64,000 nucleotides of DNA. It comes from Sphagnum compactum (lineage: Eukaryota). Where the stretch lies: contig OZ234493.1 of NCBI GenBank assembly GCA_965153455.1, positions 23,488,213 through 23,552,212 on the forward strand, read 5' to 3'. The notes under the pieces are model-generated. The model was not told the DNA's origin and made no database searches. It worked only from the letters and a program-made list of their open reading frames with translations. The position numbers and the translations under genes were made by a program. Shown piece by piece: positions 13,098 through 24,600 of this stretch (its first letter is position 1; the number at the start of each line of letters is the position of its first letter).

Positions 13098-14156
13098 GCT
13101 TCTTCCTTCTACGAAACCGGTTTGGTTTGGTCTGATCACGAGAGGAAGGAATTCTTGGATCCTTCTAGCTAAAGTTTTGGCAAGGATCTTGTATATGCTT
13201 CCCAAAAGTGTGATTGGGCGCCAACTCCCCAGTTTTGAGTGGTCCCCTAACTTCGGAATCAGGGTGATCATGCCCTTGTTAATGTAATCCGAGGTCAATC
13301 CCCGAGCTAGCATGGCCTTGAAGGTTAGTAGTAGCGTGGGGGCTACCTCATTCACATATTCTTGAAAGAATTCTGTTGGGATTCCATCGTGCCCTGGGGC
13401 CTTGCCTTTGGGGAGTAAGGTGATGGCTTCCATGATTTCTGCTAGGGATAAGGGTCGGGTCATGTTGGCGTTCATGGCCTCCGTGACCCGGGTGGGGACG
13501 TTCTCCCAACATCTCTCTTGTGCCTCAGAGGTGCTTGGGGCATGCGCCTTTGACTCATATAGATTGACATAAAATCTTGTGATGTAATGAGAGAGGTCCT
13601 TCTGGTCGGAAATTGTCCTTCCATCAACCTCTAACTTTTTCAGGAGTGTCTTTTTCTTTCCGATTCGGTGGAAATCAAAGAAAGTTTTGGAACAGGTGTC
13701 CCCATACCTGAACCATTTGGCCGTTGAGAGGTGACTATTGCGTTCAACTGAGATTTGGAAAACCTCTGCCACCTTTCCTTGCGATTCGGACAAGATGTCC
13801 CGCACTTGTTCGTTAGTTGGGTCCCACTGGAGCTGCTCCTCAGCCAGCTAGATTTTCTTTGCGTGCATTCTGACTTGCGCCCCTCTTAGGCGGCGCCTTT
13901 CCTTCGCTAATCTCGCGTTGCAGGCCAATACTCTTCTGGTGGCGGCCTCCAACCAGGGGGCCCACTCTGAGTCATTTGAGGGCTTGGGCAGCTCCCCTTC
14001 CCAAGCTTGTAGCATTTCAGCTCTCCCTTTTTCATCTTTGAGTAGGGAAGAGTCAAAATAATGAGATGGTTTGTCAAGTATGTCAGGCTGACCCCATATG
14101 CATAGGACCAAGGGAGAGTGGTCGGAGAATTTTCGAATCGAAGCGACCGCCTTCAC
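13098..14156 (-). mobile_element. Internal fragment of a LINE (L1/Tx1-type) ORF2, from the end of the APE endonuclease to the start of reverse transcriptase
   Basis: FSDHSP (endonuclease C-terminus), KWFRYGDTCSKTFF, KAPGHDGIPTEFFQ, ITLIPKLGD...WRPITLLGSIYKILAKTLARR...QTGFVEGRS. One in-frame stop at 13848-13850. Confidence 0.92.
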
Positions 14157-15268
14157 TAGAGTTACAGAGTATGTTTGTGGATGCCCTACCATATAACCAA
14201 AGAAAGCTTGTTAAATTATTCCATTTGACAAACATGGATAATAAATTATTGGCCATAATCTTTTTGATTGGTAGACCAAACAAGTGGACAGACTCTGCAG
14301 TGCACGAATGGGACTGCAGTCAAAGGCGGCCCAAAGTCAAGGAGTCATGTAAGATGGCAAACAGGGATACCGAGATTGGAGTAAATGGCGCACAAAGATT
14401 CTGTTCCATTTCATGATAAGAAACATCACTAATTTAACTGGCATATTTACTTCCAGTGAAAGGACACAATGATAACTAGAATGAGTGAAAGTTTGAAAAT
14501 GCTAAGTAATTCACAAATTTTTGTTCACCCATCAATGATCATCTATCTGGCCTGCGTTAGCAGAATAGAAATGACTACGTCCTGGGCTGTTTGGAACCTC
14601 TACCTTGTGAAAGATGTCGGCCCCTCAAGACTACTCAATTTTTCAGTGTGTCTGTGCTTATGCATTGATGAATAGAAAAAAAAAGCTCATTTGGTGAGCC
14701 TATCATAAAACCTCGTTCCCAGTAGCTAGCAGAGGCCATGAATTGAAGGGACCAATTCTGAGAGCCACCAAGCTGAGCGGTATACTAAAGGGGAAAAGTT
14801 GTCACCGAAGAACTCTGGCTTGGTTATGGGTCAGGGGACGTCAAACATCTTACGAACTTTGCAGGTGGGAATTCATGGTTCTGCACATCACTCAGTTCAT
14901 GTACTCCATGGTCAGCACTTGTCCTGACAAGTGCAGGACAAGTTTTTTTGTTCTGCATGTATTGCCATTTCTCACCAGCTTTGAACCTGCAACCTCACAG
15001 GAGAAGAACTGGATTATTACATGCAGAAGACTAGTTTCGTTTGCTTACAAGCAGTAGCAGTGTTCAAATTATTTGACCTAAACTTTGCACTAACATCAAT
15101 CAAAATATTGCAGAATATCCTCCGAGTGTTGCACTTGTTGCCACATGTGCAGCAAGGAACACCCACAAAGTTTGTAGGGGGGCAGGTGGTTGAATGTCCT
15201 GTCAGACATCTGGTAACCTAAAACCAACTATTTCCACTCACAAAACAAAGGTATCACACTGTATGGAC

Positions 15269-15518
15269 CAACATCTGTTTTCGTGCGAAATTTTGTGAAA
15301 ATGAGAAAAATAAAATTTTAAAGAGAATATTCCGTCACAATATTCCCCATTTTTCTGAAGAGAAATCACCACATTTCAAAAAACTAATAATTCATCACAT
15401 TCCGACTCTGTTTATAATTTGGTAGCATTTTAACCCAGTTTTCTGCTATGTTGACAGGTTCTAAAAACCTGTCAGCATTTAATGACGTAACATCAGAAAA
15501 TTGAAAAAAATATCACTG
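15269..15518. mobile_element. hAT-type MITE with 8-bp TSD
   Basis: Flanks are gtatggac (15261-15268) and gcatggat (15519-15526). The right terminus is aaaaaaatatcactg. Confidence 0.6.
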
Positions 15519-16269
15519 GCATGGATCCTCCAATTTCAGATTTGACAGCTGATTTTCTCATTCAACTTCAAGTTTCTTCAAGACCCAGGGATATGGGACT
15601 ATTGGATCTAGCAGTTCTAGCCATCTTGTGGGCACATCGCTACTAAATTGACATATTGGGACAAATAAGAGAAAGTGTCCACTCACGTTCTCTCCAGAAT
15701 CCTGTTCGTTAACATACTGTTTTCTCTCCTGTTGAGTGAGCAATGACCCAAAATGGGCATGCAAAGCATACAAGAAGCTTTGTGCAATCATTGGTATAGA
15801 GCATTATGAAACGTGCCTTGCAGGACGGCATCGCCGCAGCTCCTGTGCTGCGTGAGTATAATAAGAATGTTAAAGATTTCGTCCCATCCCATAGGGGGTT
15901 TTATTTCTTTTTCTGACGCTGGACGCTGGTTCTGCTTAACAAAGGTGCTCAGAAGGCCAAGTCCTCACTTTTGTCAAAAGAGCAGGGTGAGTAACTGGTT
16001 GGAATGGGAGGCTGTGCCCAACATTCTGTTCAAAGGGTCATCCTATCAATGTCTCTTCCAATGGGATGAGAGCTGCAGCTCGTCTCGCCCAAGACAAAGC
16101 GTTATGTTCAAATAATGTAAAGAACTTTTCAAATTTAGTCTTCGTATTTGAAAGCGCCTTCCTAGGCAGAATTTACCAGTTTTAATTTCAGGAATCTTGA
16201 AACTATCAGGAGTTCAATTTTTTCTGAATCTTAATTTCAGAAAAAAGGGACATTACACTGTTTTAAGAT

Positions 16270-17420
16270 TCCTAAATTTGAAGGCTCTTAAGGGTAGGGA
16301 AGGACCCAAGGAATACCATGCGGGTCTTCCTAGTTCTCCAGCCCAACCTCGGGCTCTTGTCCTTGTCCAGGCTCTCAAATCTCTCAAAGGGGCTCCTTCC
16401 TCCATATGTAGGCCTCCCATTGTACAGAGGGTGTTTCAGTTTTTGAAATGCTCTCTCATTGTATTGAAATGTCCTCTGGTTGTATTGCAATGCCCTCTCT
16501 ATAACAGGGGGGTTCACTGTATAGTGGGAGGGGCCGTTGCCTTGTTTATTATATTAGTTAATGCCTTGGTAGCAGGGCATTCATTTGGGTGCAATGCCTT
16601 GGTCCCGGAGCTCTGCCTTTGGTTCGCAGGGTGTAATGCCCTGCTACCAAGGCATTACCAATCATGTAAAGCCCAATGGTGGGGGCATTCTGGCCGTTGT
16701 GACCTAGCACCCACCAATGCATCGGGTTGTGGATGAGGCTGTTCAAGCCATTTTGGGATGAACGCAGACCAAAACGACCATTCTGGATCCTTTCCTTTTC
16801 CAACCCCACCTTGTCCCCCAATTTGAAAAAGTTACACACCCACCTCCCCCCCCTTATTATCACATATTTATTCTTTTTCTTCTTCTTTCTTTGCACATGG
16901 ATTGTTAGTTCTCCAACCAAGGGCCATTGCCATCTTCTTATTTCATGTTTGTGTGTGTTGCATGCTTACCTTTGAAACCAAAACCACTTACCTTAGAAAC
17001 CAAAACTAGAATTGCGTGCATGCGAAAACCAGAACGATACCTGGAAACCAAAATCAAAATCACTTACCCTGAGAACTAGAACCAGAAAAACATACCCTGA
17101 AAACCCTAAACCAAAAAAGCTTTGTATGTGACCAAAAAGAAAAAGAACTTGACCAAAACGAAAAAGCTTTGTGTGGAAATTAGAACTAAAAAAACTTACC
17201 TAGAAACCAAAATTTTTGTGTGGAAAACAAAACCAAAAAAGCTTACCCTACAAACCCTAAACTAGAAAAGCTTTTTGTGTGACCAAAAACCAAAAAAACT
17301 TATGCAGAACTAGCAAATTTTACCCTGGGTATGACCAAAAACTAAAGAAATTCACCTAAAACTAGAAAGCTTTGTGTGGCAACTAGAACCAAAAAAACAT
17401 GCACCCCAAAATGTGTGTTA
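16270..17420. repeat. Composite repeat: GC-rich head with aatgcc(t/c)tg repeats, followed by a degenerate aaaccaaaa/ttacc array (16970-17400)
   Basis: Many copies of ttacc..gaaaccaaaa and aaaagctttgtgtg, resembling a TE subterminal region. Confidence 0.5.
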
Positions 17421-18139
17421 TCAAAACACCATTTTGTTTATATTCTTTTGTTCCAACATTAATCATCTTCTTTTTCTTTTGTTCAAGGATATTGCAGCAC
17501 CATGTAAACACACAAAAGAACATTGCAAGGTCAACCCAAACCTTCCATCTTCATGTTACTTAGTTCTGCATACAAAGGAGTAGCTCAATATCTAGAGGTT
17601 TTGAACTAACCTAAAACAACTAGGTTGGTCATGCTCTAGTTTGATTCTCTTCTTAGAATCACTAGACCTAAAAAGTGGAAGAAATGGAAGAAGTGCACGA
17701 GGTGAAAAACAAATAAAAGCTATATATAAACTCTATCATTACCCTCTACAACCCTTTCATAATCAAAAAATTGCATAAACTCTATCATTACCCTTTACAA
17801 ACCTTTCATAATCAAAAAATTGCTTGCACACTCAAGTGTTGTACAAAATTAGTTAGAACATGAGCTGGAGATGTCATGGAGTTACTTGATGTAAATAAAA
17901 AACCAAGTGAAAAATTTATTCCATCGCAAAATTTGCGAGATAAACCTTGTTTCTTTCAAAATAGAGCTTGCCTTTTCCTGATGTCATTGCACATGTGTAC
18001 GTAGGTTGTACAAGGTAAAAAAATTTCATCTAGGGGCTAAACTTGACAAAATTTAACAATTCAAATCTTCTACCTAGTTGATTGGGGTTCAAATGTTTTT
18101 TACATGGACTTGTAGAAAAGGTAACCAACTACTAAAAAT

Positions 18140-19000
18140 GAGACCCCCTAGAGTGCTTTTACCCACATATGTAATGGGCATCCTTCTATTCCCCAGTTGT
18201 GTCAATAAAACTTATGAATACATCACCATTTGGACAAGCAACATTACATTTAATAATGGATGCTATGTGATGTTGTCCCAACTATTAGAACAAATAGTTG
18301 TTCCATATTTGTGAATTGAATTCCATGTCCTTTCGGTTACTTGTTTAGACACATCAACTTTGGATTGCTTTAACAAATTTGTGCACAATCCATGGGATGG
18401 TGGTGGTTTGTAGTAGATTCAAGATTCAAAGGTTGTTTTCACAACTTTTAAGAATGCTAAAGTGTTGGACAACATTGAAAGGGATGTTTGTTTCATAAAA
18501 GAAAATTGCCCACTTCTTGTCCAATTCTTGTTTTTAAGTTGAATTCAATCCTTCGAACAATAAAACTTTTTGAAAGGTTCGAATGTTGTTACTTGTGGAT
18601 ATATTAAGACCCTTTATGCTTTTTATAGGCAGGGTGCCAAAAAAAACCCCTTCCACTTGAAATGTCAAAATAGATTCTCCTTCCACTTAAGGATTCAGCA
18701 TTTCAATAGCAATGTCTTTTGTTCGCTCATTTAAAAAATGGGCTAGTACTTTTATGTCATTTAATGGTGGAGGGACAAGTTTGCCATATTGGGCAAATAC
18801 GGTTTTCACCCATGGATGTGTCCTTGAACACATTGTAACTTTAGTTCACCCATTGCCATCATATCAATAGTCCAAATGGAAGAACATTCTATCTTTGCGA
18901 TATGAAATGAAATTGCCACAAACATTTTCACATCCTTCCCTGACTTGTCCTTTGGCATCAAATACCATGGAGTCCACATGTTCCACCATTCCTCCATCGA
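18140..19000 (-). pseudogene. hAT transposase remnant (DUF659-type)
   Basis: Minus-strand pieces LDKKWAIFFYETNIPFNVVQH, YKPPPSHGLCTNLL, KYGTTICSNSWDNIT..PLLNV and CPNGDVFISFIDTTGE.KDAHYI. These match the FFY-NGIPFN / DGW / RPLINF-CP-G-FL-S-D pattern of DUF659 hATs. Confidence 0.75.
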
Positions 19001-20679
19001 AAAAACACAAAAATAATAGGGTTAATTAATCTAATTCGGGTATTTAAGGATAAGATTGGACTCCACCTTCAGAGTTACAATTGAAATTCCACACTAAGTG
19101 CAAAAATGTAATATGATGATCTAAAATTCAAACATTCATAAAGATTTCACCCCTCCTTCCCAAGGTATATGGCAATGGTTGTTTATTAAACAACATAAGG
19201 CCCACACACATTGCAAGAAATCATGATTTATTTGATTAGAAAACTAGATAAAAAACCAATCATTATGACATTTGGTCAATACAATCACTTAATCATACTA
19301 GACAAGTTGATTTGAACATGTTCAACTTGATTGATGGTTTTTTTTATTAACCATAAGTTGGTATTTTTTAACTAGTCAAATTAGACAAAAAATTGGGCAG
19401 CCAAAAATACTTAATTGAAAAAATAGCTCATTAATTTTTAAATATAAAATGTTAGTTAATAAATAATAAGTACCTACCTACCTACCCACCCATGACCTAC
19501 CTACCCACCATGGCCTCCTACCTACCTATCCTCAACCCACCTATGTACTATACATTTACACACATGCACAAGGTATTTATACAAATATACATATTCCACA
19601 TACTACTATTGGTGGTGTTTCAAGAACGAGTGATAAAAACAATCAATTTTTATGGTCAACCAAGAAACACCTTAAAGTAGCACTAGGTGTAATTTTTGGG
19701 TTTTTGAAACAAAAGTCCTTACAAGAAACAAGATGAGGTTCAAGATTTGTTTTTGGATGACTTGGTGTTGTTCATGGCTAAAAGGTTTGTAAAGATCGAC
19801 AACAAAAAAATACTCCCAATCTACATCTATGGTTACATTTGATTTGTGAATGAGTAGGGGCTTGCATGACAGTTTTGTTATTGCTATAAACTTTTTATTC
19901 ATAAATTGAAAGCCTCATCATGTTACGATAGGCTAAACTTAGACATTTAATTTATTATCTAGAGTGACATACTGAGCACCAGTGGAGATGCTTTTAGCCT
20001 TGTCATCACTTAATCCTAATCCTATCATTAGGTACCTTAATAGCCGCAATAAACCTTGCTGTAATTGTCACCTAAACTTAAGTAAGATAATGTCATTATG
20101 CTTCAACCTAACTACCACAAAAATCTGAATATTGTTCATTTATTGTATTCCTTCATTGAATATCAATGTGCTTTATTCTAGCTATTGGGTAGGACTCTTG
20201 GTTAAAGATATTGCACCTTGATTGTCACATTGATATCATCTTATTGTCTTTCATGTATCGTAAATATGCCATGGTTTTTTGCTAAATATATGGCTTCTTG
20301 TGTGATTCTTTTGCTTGTGGTCCAAATTTTCATAGATTACATTAATTTACATATTTTGATCTATGCCATATATTTATCAAAAAAGTAAAATAAAAATTTA
20401 AACATCATAACAAGACAAATTCAATTGTGAAAATATTTTATTAAAATTTTAGTTTTTCAATCATATATCAATTTTTGTAATAAAAGTAAAAATATTGAAT
20501 TCAATGTTACAATGTTTTTGTAGTAACAATGGATTTTACTTTAATTTTAGAAATTTAGGTTTTTTATTATTTTTAATATGAAATTTAAATCACATGTACA
20601 TTAGTGTATTATAGATACTAATTATATAGTCATTTAAAACATGATGCTATTAGTGTAAAAACCATGGTTTTGTAGTATT

Positions 20680-21660
20680 AACACCAAGATGACAAAGGCC
20701 AAGGAAAAGTGTGAATGCTAGCACACTTGCACAATAGAAGGTGACAAAAGGTGAGTGTGCTCACATAAGAAGAAGACAATGATGATGATGATTGCAAGTT
20801 GTAAGAGTTTCATGTATTTCATTGCCCTTTCCTTGCACACTAGGATCCCACAAAAGGGGAACAAGATACCAAGATGGCAACAACCAATAAAAATCATCAA
20901 TGGTAGTGCATATGCATGACCAAAAAAAGGTGATGAAGGTAACAAGTCACAAGGTGAGCACGTTTTTATGAAAAGAAGATGGTGATGATGATGATTGCAA
21001 GTTGTAGGAGTTATGCATTTCATTGCTCCTTCCCCACACACCAAGATGATAAAGACCAAGAAAAACTAGGAATCACAACACATTTGCATGACTAGAAGAA
21101 GGCAATGAAAATTACAAGTATCAAGGCGAATATGTTCATTTGAGTTTTAAGAAGACCTTGAAGATGATGACCTTGATATTTTAAAAAGTTTCATATGAAG
21201 TTCATTGCTACTTTGTTCCTTGACACCAAAACCCTATGAAGCGGTAGTAATACAACCAAGACACACATGAACTTCAAGTAGTAGTGCATGCATAAGAAGA
21301 AAAAGCAATGAAGGTTGCAAGGTGAACATGTTCATCTAGAAAGAAGTCCAATTTGATGGAAATTTCAAGTTCTATAAACTTGGCATTTTTTGTTGGTCTT
21401 TCCTTGCATGCTATAATCTTGCGTAAAAGGAATAAAACAATAAGAAAACCAAAATACGAACACCAAATCCCATTAAAGGAATGCACTGTGACAACATGAC
21501 GACCACGTCAAACACACAGAATCCCATGAAGGAAACAAGATACCACGAGGAACAGAATGGGTAATCATAAGACCATGACAGAGGGAGAGGTGTACTCTTG
21601 CTCATTTGAAGAACATGCTAAGTATGATGATGGTGAGTTGCGAGCTTGCAATGGATATGG
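20680..21660. repeat. Degenerate tandem repeat, ~170-270-bp unit, about 5 copies
   Basis: Recurring gtgag..tgttc..aagaagac..gatgatgatgattgcaagttgta..ttcattgc..caccaagat at ~20751, 20953, 21126, 21322 and 21590. Confidence 0.6.
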
Positions 21661-24600
21661 TGCAAAGCATACACACAAGGAACTATAAACAAAAATTTCA
21701 AAAACATAAACCCTAAACTTAGTCCATTTACATGGATTACATGATCAAAAAAAAATTACATGGGGTTCTGTGAATGTATGTTACAATTTCTTACACTATT
21801 GGTGTGTAAGTGTAATTAATCCTTTTCACATTGGGTAAATGTAAATGATTTACATTTACATGCTTAATTTGCACTTACATAGGATTTACACACCGTATAT
21901 ATGACTATTGGCAATTACACACAACATTGGTTTTTACCAATGTCGTGTGGTTATTCCAATTTTTTAATAAGTAGCAATTTTGATTCTTTAAACTTCTCTT
22001 TAATCAAAGAATTGTTGGTTTTGGTTTATCTAAAAATTAGAGAACCATTAGTTTAATTATTTCAAAATCAAAGAACCACAAGTTCTAACTATTTTTTAAA
22101 TTAAAAAAATTGACAATTTTCACGAAAGAATTGATAAAATATCAATGGTCATACAATGATTTTTTGAAATTAGTTTGAATTAATTGTAATTTTTTTGAAT
22201 TTTTCTTGCTTTTGTTAATTTCATATGCTTTGATATTGACATTTTTGTGTGAAAGGTCAAAATTTTGTCAACTTGTCATGTCATGTGGAATGCATTAGTT
22301 AAAACTGCCTCTCACATTAAAATGAAAAATGAAAACTAACTTGCCACCACAACAACCACAAGAGAAATAAACTAAAAAATGGACATAAACCCCCCGCAAA
22401 ATACACCATTGGCATCAGTATTCCCACACCCATTGTTTTGGAATAAAGGCTCACAGGTTCACATAATCTTTGTTCTTAATGAAAAGCAAAAGTCGGATGC
22501 ATTGGGTGGGAAGACTGGTTCATTGGCCAATTCATTGATCAAGCTTAGAACAGAAATGTTTTATTAAAACAACAACTTTCTGCTGATGTAAAACTGTGGT
22601 AGGATCCCAACACTCCCAACCACCTGCAAATCAGACATGGACAAAACAAAACCGGTCCAAAACCTGACAGCCGTTTTCTAGAGGATTCTTTTCTCTCTTT
22701 GTTTCTTTACTTATTTCCCAGGATTCCCTCACTAAATTGCATGGTCAACGACCTATGAAAGATCCAATCTGACGGCCATCGGGGAGCCACCGCCTTCTGT
22801 TTCCAACATTTAGCGGCCCAAACCGCGTCCCAAGAATGTGCACATTTTTGGACACTATCCGGCTGTTACTGTAGTTCTGCATTCACACGTTGGCAATGCC
22901 AGTTAACACGTAAGGGTGTCCATGTAATCCTAGGTGTCATTTTCCTTTTCTGTGTGGTTAAATAGTTCCTCCACACTTTTTTGTCCCCAAGCCCTTTTTT
23001 CTTCCAGTAATAAAGTCTTGTAGGTCACATCATCCTCGCTTCCGTCAAAAGTAAAGTGACCTCTCGCCGTTGTGCATTTTGCATTTCGAGCTTTCAGGTG
23101 TTCTCTTTTGTTTAGACTTAGGTCCTTTCTTTTTTTTTCTCTATAAGTGATAAAAAGTGACCTATTAGTCGAACCTCTTTTCGTATTGGCCATAAATGGC
23201 CAAGAGGTTTGTTGGCATCTATGTGGCTTCGCCTCTCGCCTATTGTTCGTAGGCGAGAACTTATTAGCCACTAGGGGCCAAGGAGCCCTCTGTTGGTGAG
23301 AGGAGGCGCAGTTACACTATCCACTGGTGAGCACATTAGTTGTGAGAATGCTTCTCTCTTGTTGTCTACCATTTGTGATGCCATCAGGTCTGCAAAAGGG
23401 GCACTGCTCACATGTTGATCTCAGGAGGCAGGGGACCAGGCGGTAGTGCTCACAATGCTATTTTTCATATAACTGGACAGATTTTTGATTCGTGAGCTGT
23501 TCTGTGTTACACTGGTTGGTTTTATGGAAATTTTTTTCTTGCAGAACGACAGGAGCTCTTACAACCACAGCAGCAAAAACACCACAGTTCCCTTCAGAAG
23601 TCATAGACAAGACTGTTGAAGAGATTATCATCCCATTTGGAGCATCAATTTTTACAATTTAAGAGAGGCATAACCCATCTATAATGGTTCATATTTTACA
23701 TAACTAACCTGCTACAGGTTGATAACCCATAGATGTGTCTTTGATGGTAGCTCTTTTGGGTGAATCCCAGAAGTAAAGTGCTCTAGCACCCATCAAGAAG
23801 AGGTTATTGTCCCAATTTGTTACGGATTGTCTTGTCTACTTGTGTGGTGCTTTGAAGTTCATGAATTAGTTTTCAGAGGAGAGATGTCTTACTTGAGTTT
23901 TCTATGTGTCTTGACTTGCCAGATTGAGAAGTCTTTTGGAAAGCATGGAGGATGAAGCTCAGAGAAGCTACAGAGATGAGCAGCTGAGTCTTGTAGAGGA
24001 TGAGGCAGCAGCAACTCCTAATATGATGTATGAGAGAATCCTCTTTGTGTGGTTGTTCTGGCTATGATTCATAGTTTGTGAAATGTTTTTGTACTCCTGC
24101 TGAAAAGATTCTTGGACTTTTTCCTTTCAAACATTAGACATGATGGCTAGTTTGGTCTTGATGAGCACCATTCTGTGAACAATGTTTCACACACAAAGAG
24201 GTTCCTGTCTGCCAAAGGGTGAAGATAATACAAAGATAAATGATTAGACAACAGACAACATGATGGGCTCTGAACCAAAACTATTGTTATATCTGAGTTA
24301 ATTGTCATCTTTCACAATGCAAGATCTGATCTGATGGGAATGTGTGCATGCAGGTATGTGCAATTAGAGTTTGTGGAGAGGGAGCTTGAGTGGATGGAGG
24401 AGAAAATTAAGGAGACAATCCAAAACATCAACACTGCTCAGGTATGACAAGTCAATTCCTTGAGCATTTCTGATTAGAGCTGTTGAATTGCTTGACTTGT
24501 ACTGTTCACAACACAAACCCAATGAAACCATCTTCTCCAAACTACCAATTTTTGGACAAAACCAATCCCAACAATTCAAGGTTATGTGTTTGCAATTGTA

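Noticed and set aside
14160-16115. Multi-exon host gene on the minus strand
   Set aside because: The composition is exon-like, but all frames are interrupted and I recognise no protein family.
16197-16975. 179-aa and 120-aa ORFs
   Set aside because: They arise from a GC-rich repeat, overlap on both strands and have no recognisable domain.
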